A stretch of DNA of 63,792 nucleotides, counting the filler, from Octopus bimaculoides (lineage: Eukaryota): assembly GCF_001194135.2 (NCBI RefSeq). It is 7 parts of 6 records of this genome, joined end to end, with 100 filler letters (N's around TTAATTAATTAA, not from the genome) between each part and the next. Parts side by side here need not be neighbours in the genome. Positions count along the whole stretch, not along the records: positions 11,916 to 40,104 come from NC_069006.1; 6 more parts are not named here. One strand, written 5' to 3'. Of this stretch, positions 27,117 through 38,744 are shown piece by piece. Position numbers and translations under genes: made by a program. Position 1 is the stretch's first letter. Each line of letters opens with the position of its first letter. Below the pieces are notes generated by a model. It did not search any database and was not told where the DNA came from. It was given only the letters and a program-made list of their open reading frames with translations.

Positions 27117-27565
27117 NNNNNNNNNNNNNNNNNNNNNNNNNNNNNNNNNNNNNNNNNNNNNNNNNNNNNNNNNNNNNNNNNNNNNNNNNNNNNNNNNNNN
27201 NNNNNNNNNNNNNNNNNNNNNNNNNNNNNNNNNNNNNNNNNNNNNNNNNNNNNNNNNNNNNNNNNNNNNNNNNNNNNNNNNNNNNNNNNNNNNNNNNNNN
27301 NNNNNNNNNNNNNNNNNNNNNNNNNNNNNNNNNNNNNNNNNNNNNNNNNNNNNNNNNNNNNNNNNNNNNNNNNNNNNNNNNATACACATACACATATACA
27401 CACACTACATATTATAAAAATAATATATATATATATATATATAAGTATATATTTTAAAAATATATTTCATATGTTTAAAAGTTTCTATATGTTTATACAA
27501 ACACATATGCACAACACACACACATATTGATTATATGTGTGTATGTATGTATATGTGTGTGTGTC

Positions 27566-27613
<48 letters not shown>

Positions 27614-27656
27614 TACACATATATACATACACACATAATCATTTGCATGCATACAT

Positions 27657-27662
27657 TTTATT
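27657..27662 (-). terminator. Candidate polyadenylation signal (AATAAA) of the SLC36 gene
   Basis: Minus-strand AATAAA about 210 nt past the stop codon, followed by TG-rich sequence. No transcript evidence. Confidence 0.35.
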
Positions 27663-27869
27663 CATTAAAAAATAGTTATAGATTCATCAACGTGCACATG
27701 AGTGCATGCACATGTATGTATGTTCACATAATTCACAAAAAATTATGAGCACATTTGTCAATATCTATGCACGAACGGGTCTATGTTCCATGTAAGACCC
27801 ACGCATGCAGATGTATGCATAAAAACGCACGCAGTCATTGAGCATATGTACAATTTGAATGTCTGCAGT

Positions 27870-28108
27870 TTAAAATACATTGATGATTTCCTTCACGCTG
27901 CTGTAAGTGCCTGTCACAAACCCTGTTAAACCGATGATTAAGATGAAAATGTTCTTCGCAATTGTCAGTTTTGTTAGTTGTTCACCTTCAGCAGAGTAAG
28001 TGATCATCTCGATGATGGGTGGAAAGATTAGTGCTAATCCACTGCTGGCAAATGCTCCAATCAGTGCTATCAAGAGATCCAGATGAGGAATGCAGGATGC
28101 AAAGCCAG
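27870..28108 (-). CDS. SLC36A1-like: SLC36 terminal coding exon (GFASCIPHLDLLIALIGAFASSGLALIFPP...KEIINVF-stop)
   Basis: IPxLDLxIxLxGA and LALIFPP motifs. CCAACAG acceptor entered in phase 1. TAA stop at 27872-27870. Confidence 0.95.
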
Positions 28109-28191
28109 CTGTTGGTAAACAAGGGCCAAAAAAAAAAAAAAAAGAGAGAGTGAGTGAAGGAATCAAATACAGAGAAATACATAGTAAATCA

Positions 28192-28605
28192 TCATCATCA
28201 TCATCGTCGTCGTTTAACGTCCGCTTTCCATGCTAGCATGGGTTGGACGATTTGACTGAGGACTGGTGAAACAAGATGGCTACACCAGGCTCCAATCTGA
28301 TTTGGCAGAGTTTCTACAGCTGGATGCCCTTCCTTACGCCAACCACTCCGAGAGTGTAGTGGGTGCTTTTACGTGCCACCGTCACGAAGGCCAGTCAGGC
28401 GGTACTGGCAATGGCCACGCTCAAAATGGTGTATTTTATGTGCCACCTGTACAAGAGCTAGTCCAGGGGCACTGGCAACGATCTCGCTCGAAAGTCCTTA
28501 CACATGCCACAGGCACAAGTGCCAGAAAGGCGACGCTGGGCACAGGTGCCATCTCGATTTTGCTTGCCCCAATAAATCTTCGCAAGCTGAGTTTCGTGTC
28601 TAAGA
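28192..28605 (-). mobile_element. Repeat family D, in the last SLC36 intron
   Basis: Same core sequence as the other D copies, with (CAT)n at the left end. Confidence 0.85.
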
Positions 28606-29274
28606 ACATTGCTGCCAGATCCATTCTGGTGCTACTGCTAAGTACACATGTAGACCATATTGAAATGAGAATCACCCAAATGATTTGTAATTATATTCAT
28701 TCTGTAACTTAGTACAGATGTACCATCTTTTCATTTTATCACAAAGGGCTCAGCTCCTTTGACAATAATATTGACGACTGGTGGCAAGGCAAGAAGATAT
28801 CCTCCAATCAGAAAGCTAACCTGAATTCTTCCAACTCACCTGAAGATACCCAATGTTAAACCAGATGACAAGTCGAGTCTAGCATCTAAGTAGGGCATGG
28901 CAGGATCTGAACTCTGAGTGTAGCATTGTGAAGCATTTTGTCTCATATTCTAAACACTCTGCCAAATCATTATTTAGAACAGAAACTGTAAACTGCGACA
29001 TCACTACATCATTGAGAAGTATTTAATTAAATGACACAGTTATATTGACACCCATTCATAAATCGAGAAATTGTAGTTGGAAGGCCTCATTAGACTGACT
29101 TGTCTTTCATTTAATACACAAAGACAAAAGTTTTCAGTAACCCTAAAATGTTATAAAACTCGTTATATCATCCCTACTCTTTTGATCATCTTCAACAAAT
29201 AACTAACAAGAAATCAAAGAAACAATAGGAATGAACCCAAACAACAACAAAAACACAAATGCCAAGGGACTTAC

Positions 29275-29447
29275 TTAATGCACAAATTAATATGACTCGT
29301 AGGGCATAATCAATTATTTGACTGTACTTGCTTGATCCAAACCTTTCTCGAAGTGGTGAACTCAATAAGTTCATTGGAACATAGAACTGGATACCATAAG
29401 ATATGAAGATAGCTACAGCAAATAATAGCTTGACAGTTGTGTACCAC
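29275..29447 (-). CDS. SLC36A1-like: SLC36 exon, 173 nt (WYTTVKLLFAVAIFISYGIQFYVPM...LRVILICAL)
   Basis: SYxIQFYVP motif. TGCAG acceptor, GTAAGT donor, phase 2 to 1. Confidence 0.95.
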
Positions 29448-29884
29448 CTGCACAGAAGAAAAAGAAAAAACAACTCAAATTTGTATTCTCAATCGCAGAA
29501 TAATGCTAATAATATAGCCTGAACAGGATAAACTACCTCTATTTTGCAGAGAAAAGTGTAGGTGGCTCATCGTGACATGTAATCACGGGGATGTGAGTTT
29601 GTGTCCACAGCTAGCCACCTACACTTTTCTCTGCAAAATAGGGGTAGTTTATCCTGTTCAGGCTATATTATTAGCATTATTCTGCGATTGAGAATTTAAA
29701 ATCACTTCTTTAACTTTCTAAAAGACATCTCAACGCTTCTAAAAGCAAACTTCGTTTGTTTATTTACGTTTGTCGTAATTTGAATTTATCAAATNNNNNN
29801 NNNNNNNNNNNNNNNNNNNNNNNNNNNNNNNGAGAGTGTCTCATAAAGCGAGATTTATATATCTTAATTTGCAGAGGAATTTGT

Positions 29885-30146
29885 AGTGGGTAGTTTAGCT
29901 TAATCGGTCAAAGCATCGTGACATGTAATCACGCGGATGTGAGTTCGAGTCCACAGCTAGCCACCTGCACTTTTCTCTGCAAAATAGGGGTAGTTTATCC
30001 TGTTCAGGCTATATTATTAGCATTATTCTGCGATTGAGAATTTAAAATCACTTCTTTAACTTTCTAAAAGACATCTCAACGCTTCTAAAAGCAAACTTCG
30101 TTTGTTTATTTACGTTTGTCGTAATTTGAATTTATCAAATTTGTAT
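29885..30146 (+). mobile_element. tRNA-derived SINE family E (Thr-TGT-like head)
   Basis: D-arm GCTT..AAGC, anticodon-like stem CGTGA-CATGTAA-TCACG, GTTCGAGTCC box, then a non-tRNA body. Related copies at 29568-29793 and 45467-45720. Confidence 0.75.
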
Positions 30147-30444
30147 ATTTATGTAGAAAAATAAAATATTTTCAAAGAGTTGCCCAAACACATACACATT
30201 AAGTATTAAGTGTCAGAAAAAAGTGGTCCATACCCTATTAGAAATTAATATGTTTATTTTGGTTGAGTTAGTTTCTCTACCTACTTTGAGTCTCAGCTGG
30301 AGGTAGACAGGATCTTTGCCTGAAGATCCTGTGCATCGCCAAGTGAAACACAGATTAGCAAGAGACTGTCTCAACAAAAATAACACACACACACACGAAA
30401 AGAAAAATAGCAAAAAATTATTATTAATAAAGTAAACAACTCAC

Positions 30445-30620
30445 CAATCTGATGGTAGATTTAATGTTATACTTCCTTTAACAGTGTCAGAGAAAGCGAG
30501 ATAACCATAGAAGCCAAGTGATGCATAGAGGCAGACCACAATGGTCATTCCAAGATTTAGAATTCCTGTCCAACCGGGGAAATCTTGTGGATTTCTCATT
30601 TTGTTTTCAATTGGAAGAAC
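30445..30620 (-). CDS. SLC36A1-like: SLC36 exon, 176 nt ([14 protein letters not shown]...[23 protein letters not shown])
   Basis: VLPxENxM and GSITLNLP motifs. AAG acceptor after a pyrimidine tract, GTGAGT donor, phase 0 to 2. Confidence 0.95.
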
Positions 30621-30749
30621 CTTGTTAGAGGGAAAGAAAAAGAGAAATGCAGTGAGGGATGTGAGTGAAACCATGAAAACAAAAAACAAGGGGGAAAGTT
30701 ACCAGATATGGCTGCTTTCATGGGGAAACAACCAGTAAGGATACAAGGG

Positions 30750-31340
30750 AATCAGACTTTTGCAAATGCTCAGGAGGCTCTCTCAAGGTTGTTTACCCAG
30801 GTGGCCAAATTAGTAATGGTGAAGGATGCTCTGAAAGTATTGTTGCAACTCCTGTCCTCCTGAACTGGAGCTTCACCACCGGTTGCAGTTTTGTGTCTTA
30901 CCCAGGAGTTATGGGGAGCGTGGAGACACCCCTTAGTTGCCATTTCTCCCAGGTCCACTCTGGCCCGGGATGGTAGCACCTGTTAGGGCCCCACCAATGG
31001 GTAAAAATTGGATCCTCCTCTGCTGCCTTGCAGGATGCCTCTTTAGGCTAAGGCTACGAGGAGGAATCATCAAGTCCTCAACGGTTGATCAGGCAGACAA
31101 AGCGACATCTATGTCTCTCAATGGCTGTGACAGCGGAAGAAGGCTATGCCAAGCGGGCTGGCTACAACAAGGCGTAGCCTAAAAGAACTGATCCACGGCA
31201 GCTCGCTGCAACTCACAGGTCAAAGTCAGTACGTCTCCTCCACGGTGCCACTGATGAAGTCCTCTGAGCCAAGTGAGTGGGCTTCTGCCTGGCAAGTGGC
31301 AGTCCACCTTAAACAAAATCACGCCATGGCATCCAGTGCT
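30750..31340. repeat. Unclassified GC-richer interspersed repeat
   Basis: The segment CCAGGTCCACTCTGGCCCGGGATGGTAGCACCTGTTAGGG resembles 44815-44865. Class not resolved. Confidence 0.4.
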
Positions 31341-31344
31341 AAAC

Positions 31345-31880
31345 TAAAAATTGTTGCAAGAATAAGAATAGGATGGAGGAAGTTCAGAGAGCTATTACCT
31401 CTGTCGGCAACAAAAGGACTCTCTCTCTCTCTCTCTCTCTCAGAGTGAAAGGCAGATTGTATGATGCTTGTGTATAAACGACTAATCTCCATGGTAGTTA
31501 GACCTGGGCTCTGAATGCAGAGGACATGCGTAGACTGGAAAGGAATGAAGGTTGTATGCTCTGTTGGATGTGCAACATCAGTGTGCACGTATGACAAAGT
31601 GTAAATGTATAGATAAAGTTGGGCATAAGAGGAATCGGATGCAGCATCCAAGAGAGAAGACTGTGTTGATTTGGACATGTGATTCATACGAATGTAGACA
31701 GCTGTATAAAGAAGTGCTAATTGCTGAAAGTGGATGGCACCTGCGGGAGAGGGAGAATCAGGAAGACATGGGGTGATCTCAGGATGTTGGACCTCATGGA
31801 GGGGATGACAATAGACTGAGATGTCTCCTGATATGAAGTTCTTGAGAAGACCTGCCCCCCCCCCAGCAAAACTGAGTTCT
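31345..31880 (+). mobile_element. RTE LINE 3' fragment within an SLC36 intron
   Basis: VARIRIGWRKFRELLPL, RVKGRLYDACV, DMRRLERNE and a GTCGRGR-type C-terminus. Confidence 0.88.
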
Positions 31881-32113
31881 GGGAACACTGTTCCACTTAC
31901 ATGTAACAATAAAAAAAAAAATTTTCCCACGTCCTACCCCAACAGACCAAACTACATCTCCTCTTCTCTTTCTTACATTTCCTCTTTTTCTGCACTATGC
32001 TTGTGCTTATCGCTTGCCCCCCACCCCCACCAAACCCTGTGTCAGCTGGTTCGAGAATCAACCCATGTTTGAGACTCATGAGTGCAACACCCTAACCACC
32101 AGGCCACTAATGT

Positions 32114-32147
<34 letters not shown>

Positions 32148-32152
32148 CTTAC

Positions 32153-32428
32153 CAGACTAATACCTTCAAAAGAATAGACAGCAATGCCGAAGAACATAGG
32201 TAACTGGGAGAAACTGGTGTACAGCTGCACCTGTGACATTGGCTGGAGATGCTGCACGATATACTGGTAGATGATGACCAGTCCAATGATGGTGATGATG
32301 TTGGCCAACAATGAGAAGACAGCCAAGGTTTTTAGGTTTCGAATAAAACAGTAAGGGATGAGAAAGATGGTGATCAGCCACATATAGGAAATACTGTGCC
32401 ACTGAGCCACAGGGAAAACCTCAATCAC
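32153..32428 (-). CDS. SLC36A1-like: SLC36 exon, 276 nt (VIEVFPV...IRNLKTLAVFSLLAN...PMFFGIAVYSFEGISL)
   Basis: Family motifs IRNLKxLAxFSxLAN and FFGxAxYxFEGI. TTTTCAG acceptor, GTAAGT donor, phase 0 to 0. Confidence 0.95.
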
Positions 32429-32538
32429 CTGAAAAGGGAAACAGAAACAATACTGGAGACATGATTTCGGCACGAGGTCAGTGGTAGAGAAGAAAGGTTA
32501 GTCATTTGAATTAATTCCAGGATTTGTCTGATTCTTTA

Positions 32539-32791
32539 CAATGGTTCTCAACTGGGGTCCACATGACCCTTGAGGGTTCATATAAGATTTTGTTGTTAAA
32601 ATTCATATGCAATAAATTGGTTATGCTTCTACAATACATAAAATATTTTAACAATTTTTTTTTTTTTATACAGTTCCTAATAATATTTAATTATAAAAAT
32701 ATAATAAGACTTTTTAAACATCGAATGGGGTTCAGCAGAGTAAAATAGGAAGCAAAGGGGTCAATAGGCTAAAAATAGTCGAAAAACATTG
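32539..32791. mobile_element. hAT-type MITE
   Basis: Ends CAATGGTTCTCAACTGGGG and GTCGAAAAACATTG. Inverted homolog of 39221-39499. TSD not clear. Confidence 0.65.
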
Positions 32792-32936
32792 CTTTAGTTT
32801 ATCAATCACAAAGATTATGAAATGCAAATTTTACAATGGCTGTTATAACTAAATACCATAAAGCATTTTGTCCTACAAACTTGGAGTTCTGTCTATCTCC
32901 TGCCATTTACATAACAATAATAATAATAATAATAAT

Positions 32937-34045
32937 GTCAGTACCACCTGACTGGCCTTCGTAGGATTTTCGAGCAAGATCGTTGCCAGTGCCGCTGGAC
33001 TGGCTCCTGTGCGGGTGGCACATAAAATACACCATTTGAGTGTGGCCATTGCCAGTACTGCCTGACTGGCCTTCGTGCGGGTGACACATAAAAGCACCCA
33101 CTACACTCTCTGAGTGGTTGGCGTTAGGAAGGGCATCCAGCTGTAGAAACTCTGCCAAATCAAATTGGAGCCTGGTGTAGCCATCCGGTTNNNNNNNNNN
33201 NNNNNNNNNNNNNNNNNNNNNNNNNNNNNNNNNNNNNNNNNNNNNNNNNNNNNNNNNNNNNNNNNNNNNNNNNNNNNNNNNNNNNNNNNNNNNNNNNNNN
33301 NNNNNNNNNNNNNNNNNNNNNNNNNNNNNNNNNNNNNNNNNNNNNNNNNNNNNNNNNNNNNNNNNNNNNNNNNNNNNNNNNNNNNNNNNNNNNNNNNNNN
33401 NNNNNNNNNNNNNNNNNNNNNNNNNNNNNNNNNNNNNNNNNNNNNNNNNNNNNNNNNNNNNNNNNNNNNNNNNNNNNNNNNNNNNNNNNNNNNNNNNNNN
33501 NNNNNNNNNNNNNNNNNNNNNNNNNNNNNNNNNNNNNNNNNNNNNNNNNNNNNNNNNNNNNNNNNNNNNNNNNNNNNNNNNNNNNNNNNNNNNNNNNNNN
33601 NNNNNNNNNNNNNNNNNNNNNNNNNNNNNNNNNNNNNNNNNNNNNNNNNNNNNNNNNNNNNNNNNNNNNNNNNNNNNNNNNNNNNNNNNNNNNNNNNNNN
33701 NNNNNNNNNNNNNNNNNNNNNNNNNNNNNNNNNNNNNNNNNNNNNNNNNNNNNNNNNNNNNNNNNNNNNNNNNNNNNNNNNNNNNNNNNNNNNNNNNNNN
33801 NNNNNNNNNNNNNNNNNNNNNNNNNNNNNNNNNNNNNNNNNNNNNNNNNNNNNNNNNNNNNNNNNNNNNNNNNNNNNNNNNNNNNNNNNNNNNNNNNNCG
33901 TTAGGAAGGGCATCCAGCTGTAGAAACTCTGCCAAATCAAATTGGAGCCTGGTGTAGCCATCCGGTTTACCAGTCCTCAGTCAAATCGTCCAACCCATGC
34001 TAGCATGGAAAGTGGATGTTAAACGATGAAGATGATGATGATTTG
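32937..34045 (+). mobile_element. Repeat family D sequence on both sides of a 708-N gap
   Basis: Opposite orientation to the 28192 copy. About 70 bp are repeated identically on either side of the gap. Confidence 0.8.
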
Positions 34046-34233
34046 ATAGCCTCTTCATTTTACTGACAATAAGGGATGAAAAGAAAATCAATTCCAGCAG
34101 AATTTGAACTCAAAACATATGATAATGATGACAATGATGATGAAGAATACAAATTTAAAAGGTCAGTCCTCAATTTGGCAGTAATTTTCAGAATTTTAGT
34201 TCAAAAATAAAACCATTTTGAAGCTTCGCTTAC

Positions 34234-34326
34234 CTGAATGCTCGTGAAAAACGTCGAAATACAGGTGGTCCAGTTTGCAAACAGTTCTCCATGACATCAG
34301 GGTAATCCATAGTTACTGAAGATGTT
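34234..34326 (-). CDS. SLC36A1-like: SLC36 exon, 93 nt (TSSVTMDYPDVMENCLQTGPPVFRRFSRAF)
   Basis: CCCCAG acceptor, GTAAGC donor, phase 2 to 2. MDY...GP loop typical of SLC36. Confidence 0.92.
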
Positions 34327-35878
34327 CTGGGGCCAAAAATAAAAAAAGGATTATTTAGGTTAGTGAATGAGCTGAACAACGACAATAGCAAAGGTTCACT
34401 TGAGGTTACAACAGAATGGAGTTGATTAATTAAACATAGCACCACATGACATATGATATAACCTGTTGTGTCTCTATTTGTAAAGAAAATGTGAAAGAGC
34501 TTAGTCCAGCTCTGCAGCATCTACAAGACATTATGCCAACCACAAAGGATACTTTTGTGCACTGCACAGCCCACAAGCTTTCCTGGCTCTCAAACTGTAG
34601 CAGATACTTTACAGCCCTTGCCAAAAGGATCTTCAACAACTTCACAAGATATTCCCTTCCTTTATTCCTCAACTATGAGAGTGCTGTAAGTAGTATTCCT
34701 ACAGAGAAAGCCTTTATATCAGCCACCTTCACTGCACATATAAGTGGAACCTTCAACTTGGCTAAAAATGGTTGGCTTTACTTCTCAAATATGCACACTT
34801 GTGACAATGCAAAGTATATATTTCCTTCAAACTCTGCTTTTGTTACATTAATTCAAACTTTAAAGAATTCCTCTAAATACATGGCTATGATGCTCCCCCA
34901 CTATGCCTGTTCATGGTCAGAGATGCACATATCGTCAGCCACTAAGGGACATGCTCAAGTGGTTGTGGTCAAGCAACTGACAAGCAAATCTGTGGTACTG
35001 GTCAGAATATTTGCTATAACAATATTTATGCTTTAGCAACTCAGCACTGAATCTGTCTGAAATGTAATGGAAAATAGGTCACAAAAGCAAAGTTTGAAGG
35101 AAATAGCAATTGTTTCCGTCAATTTCTAGATAAAAGTAAATAGGAAATCACACTTACTGACCAAAGACATAAAAACACTAAAAACTTTGTAACACGGTGC
35201 TATTAGCATTCCACTTGAAATAAGAAATCTGATCCTAACTACAATTGCTTCACTTCTAATCTATTAACTTGAATCAAGTGGATCCAAGTACAGTGGAAAC
35301 TTGAGAGTACTTTCTGACACCAATTAAAATTTTGAGGATGAAAACTGTATCTAATTTTTTATTTTTGAAAGATTATCAAACATAGGCATAGGAGTGGCTG
35401 TGTGGTAAGTAGCTTGCTTACCAACCACATGGTTCTGGGCTCAGTCTGTCAAATGTAACTCTTATTTATTCACATTGTTTTGAATTAACCATGCATTATC
35501 TTGTGGCTAGAAGATTTCAATGATGTGATTGTTTATTTTCAGAATGATATAATAAGGTAGGCATGAGGTTCAATTTGGCTGGTTTGAACATAAAACAGGT
35601 AGAATATTTGGGTCAGATATGCTGAACAGTTAACCAACAATGAAATTTTAATGAAAATAGTTTTTATTTTCTCAAAACAATAACAAACACAGGGAACCTC
35701 AGCATGGTGTGAACAAACAGTTAGGAACCAAAGTAAAATCTATGATGCATTTTATTTAGCAGAATAAGGAGGGGTCAGTTGGGAAGTAGGGAGACAAAGA
35801 CAGCAAGAAAGTCTCATCTTTGTTCAGATACACAATCTTAATTTTACCAGAAAATATTATATTATCTTCAATGCTCAC

Positions 35879-35967
35879 CGTTCACATAATTTATGGCTGC
35901 AGTTGACAAGAATGTGCATACAATGTGTAGCTATGCAGCCTAGAAACAATATACCAGCAAAACCAAC
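35879..35967 (-). CDS. SLC36A1-like: SLC36 exon, 89 nt (VGFAGILFLGCIATHCMHILVNCSHKLCER)
   Basis: Found by manual translation; absent from the ORF track. HCMHILV motif, TTTTCAG acceptor, GTGAGC donor, phase 0 to 2. Confidence 0.93.
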
Positions 35968-36269
35968 CTGAAAACATAATTGTTTTAAAAATTAGAGTCA
36001 AGTTAAATACAATTTAACAACATAAACTTCAACAACGGGTGTAAGTCCAGATGTACACATGTGAGTGTTGGTGCATATATATGTATATTATGCACACAAA
36101 CACACACACCTGATTGAGACAGTGTTCATGAATAAGTTGTAAATCAATTTACATATGTTTAATAAAAGCACATTTAGCCTGTTTGTACAAACAGACCCTG
36201 TGGTGAGACTTCAGGGTTCTTCTTTGCAAAACAGGTAAAGAACAAATGAAGTGAAGATGTTGCACTTTG

Positions 36270-36510
36270 TAATGTGTAATGTGCATAAATGGGAGAGTAC
36301 AAATGAGCTGAGAGATAAAGTAGAGGAGAAAAGGAATAAGATGTAGTGTGCAAGAGAGGGGAAGACTATGCTGGGACAGGTGTGTGATACGTAATGATGA
36401 TGACAGCTGTATAAAATGTGCAAAGGGCTCAGAGTGGATGGAACCTGTGGAAACAGAAGAGGAAGATCTGCAGAAAGAGGGGATAAAGTGGGAAAGACTC
36501 CATCACCATT
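36270..36510 (+). mobile_element. RTE LINE 3' fragment, strongly decayed
   Basis: Nucleotide similarity to 31580-31790 (GGAATAAGATGTAGTGTGCAAGAGAG...GTGGATGGAACCTGTGG). Confidence 0.65.
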
Positions 36511-37029
36511 ATCCCCCTATCCTTTTCTCTCCCCACCTGAATAAATATTTATTTTTGTGAATGGAACCTGTATTGTCCATGTTCATCTCCTTATACTTTT
36601 GCCCAACTGGTTTCTTCTGCAGATTTTTTTTGGTTTTGGTTATGTAACTCCTGTTATATTTCCCTATTGTTCTTTGTAAATATTTCTGACATTATTTTAT
36701 TGCATTGGCCTAATAATCCGCTAATCTACAAGTTCTGCTGTGATTCATCCTAATCCAGTCTTCCATTATATTCTTTACCTTTTTTACCTTTGATAATCAT
36801 AATTATTAATAACCTCAACATGTCGTTTCTACATTCGTTAAGAGGCAATAATTTCACATATATAGAATTTATTTTCACCAACTTTATATTACTACCAAAT
36901 TCTACAACCTCACCTATCAGTTTTCCTTGTATCTGTTATGAAAATAATCTATTCTGCCTTACTTTATCTACTTTAAATAACTGGATTACTAAACATTGCA
37001 AAATTGTCTTAAAGCTATCAAAACATATA

Positions 37030-37077
<48 letters not shown>

Positions 37078-37201
37078 AAATTATAATTAAGGGTATCTAA
37101 AAGATACCACCATGCTAGATATAGCAGCCAAAACTTGACTCTAAAACCACACTAAATGTTCATACAGCACCAGGTGTTGTATATGTGTGTGTGTGTGTGT
37201 G

Positions 37202-37265
<64 letters not shown>

Positions 37266-37289
37266 TGTATGTATTAAACACATTCTTCA

Positions 37290-37900
37290 AATATGCAAAG
37301 GTGGGCACCACATATTGTCGTGAAAGACCAAAACAATAAAGTCTGTTTATTGATTGACATGAGCATACCCTGTGACCATAATATCTCGGCAAAAGAATTT
37401 GATAAGCTCAGAAAATATAAAGATTTGCCAATCAAAATAGAAAGGATGTGGCATCTCAAGACGGTTGCTATACCAGTGATTGTAGGAGTACTTGGAATGA
37501 TCAGAAAAGGAGCTGTAAATCATTTAATAATGATCCCTGGCTTACCATCCATGCAGGAAGTGCAAAAGATTGACTTAACTGATACGTCACATGTACTGAG
37601 AAGAGCATTATCGCTGTGAATTTTCTTTCCTTTTTTCCCCCTTTATTTTCTTTGTTTATTTTATTTATTTTTTTTTTTTACTTTTTACTTTTTCTGTCTT
37701 TCTTCCTCTTTTCCTATATCACATGATTTTGTAAATGAACAATCTGGTATGTTTGTTTTAGAGGCCAACATATGTACGCAGTGAGTTTCTCTGCCCTAGG
37801 TGTCAGGAAGACACGCGGCAAGAAATGGAAACAATTGAAAGAAGATGATTATGATAATGACAATAATAATAATAATAATAATAACAATAATAATAATAAT
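37290..37900 (+). mobile_element. R4/Dong-like (restriction-like endonuclease) non-LTR element, 3' end
   Basis: ORF 37293-37619: PHIVVKD...CLLIDMSIP...KEFDKLRKYKDL...IPVIVGVLG...VLRRAL, the RLE domain pattern PD..(D/E)..KxxKY. Followed by a 3' UTR and an (AAT)n tail. Confidence 0.85.
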
Positions 37901-38186
37901 AATGTTGATTTCAAATTTTATGGCACAAGGCCAGATATTTCAGGAAAGGGGTAAGTTGATTACATGAACCCCAATGCTCAACTGGTACTCATTTTATGGA
38001 CCCCGAAAGGATGAAAGGCAAAGTTGACCTTGGCAGAATTTGAACCCAGAATGTAAAGATGGACAAAATGCTTGTAAGCATTTTTACCCAGCAAGCTAAC
38101 GATTCTGCCAGCTCACTGCCTTAAGAATTATATAAAGGTTAAAAAAGAGAGAAAGAAAGAAAAGAAAAATCTAGTGTGATAGTTAC

Positions 38187-38277
38187 CCACAATCCTGAAT
38201 GTTTGAAAGCTGATGGTAATGCTAAAAGACCTGTACCGATGTTTCCTTTCAAAAAATTCATTATGGACGACATGTTG
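38187..38277 (-). CDS. SLC36A1-like: SLC36 exon, 91 nt (NMSSIMNFLKGNIGTGLLALPSAFKHSGLW)
   Basis: Contains the Aa_trans/SLC36 TM1 signature KGNIGTGxLAxP. TTTTGCAG acceptor, GTAACT donor, phase 2 to 0. Confidence 0.95.
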
Positions 38278-38744
38278 CTGCAAAAGACATACAAACAGTA
38301 GAACGAAGCGAATAGAATAGATGTGTGACCACTGCTTTTAATACACATATAAATCAACTAACACACACTTCTATACACACACACACTTCTACACACACAC
38401 ACACACATTTCTACATACACGCACACACTTCTACACACACACAAACACACATACACGAAGTACCAAATCTTACCCTGGATTGATGCCATTCTATTCCAGG
38501 TATCATTCACAGATCTGATGCTCAGTTTGAGCTGCTAAGTGAACTCAGTCATACATAGTGTCCTGCCAAGATACAGAATGAAACACAGCAGATTTTTTTT
38601 AAGTGCCGATAAATGAGCATGTAGGTATTTTAATAACTTGGGCATTCATCCATTTAACCACTTCTTTAAGTCTTGGTGTCATATCTTAACACCTGTGACC
38701 TCTGGGTTTTCTAGCCTACATCAAGAAACCCTCCCTGACATATG

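Noticed and set aside
29888-29962. Functional tRNA-Thr(TGT)
   Set aside because: Extra bases at stem junctions, A instead of U33, a broken T-stem, and continuation into a multicopy body mark it as a SINE head.
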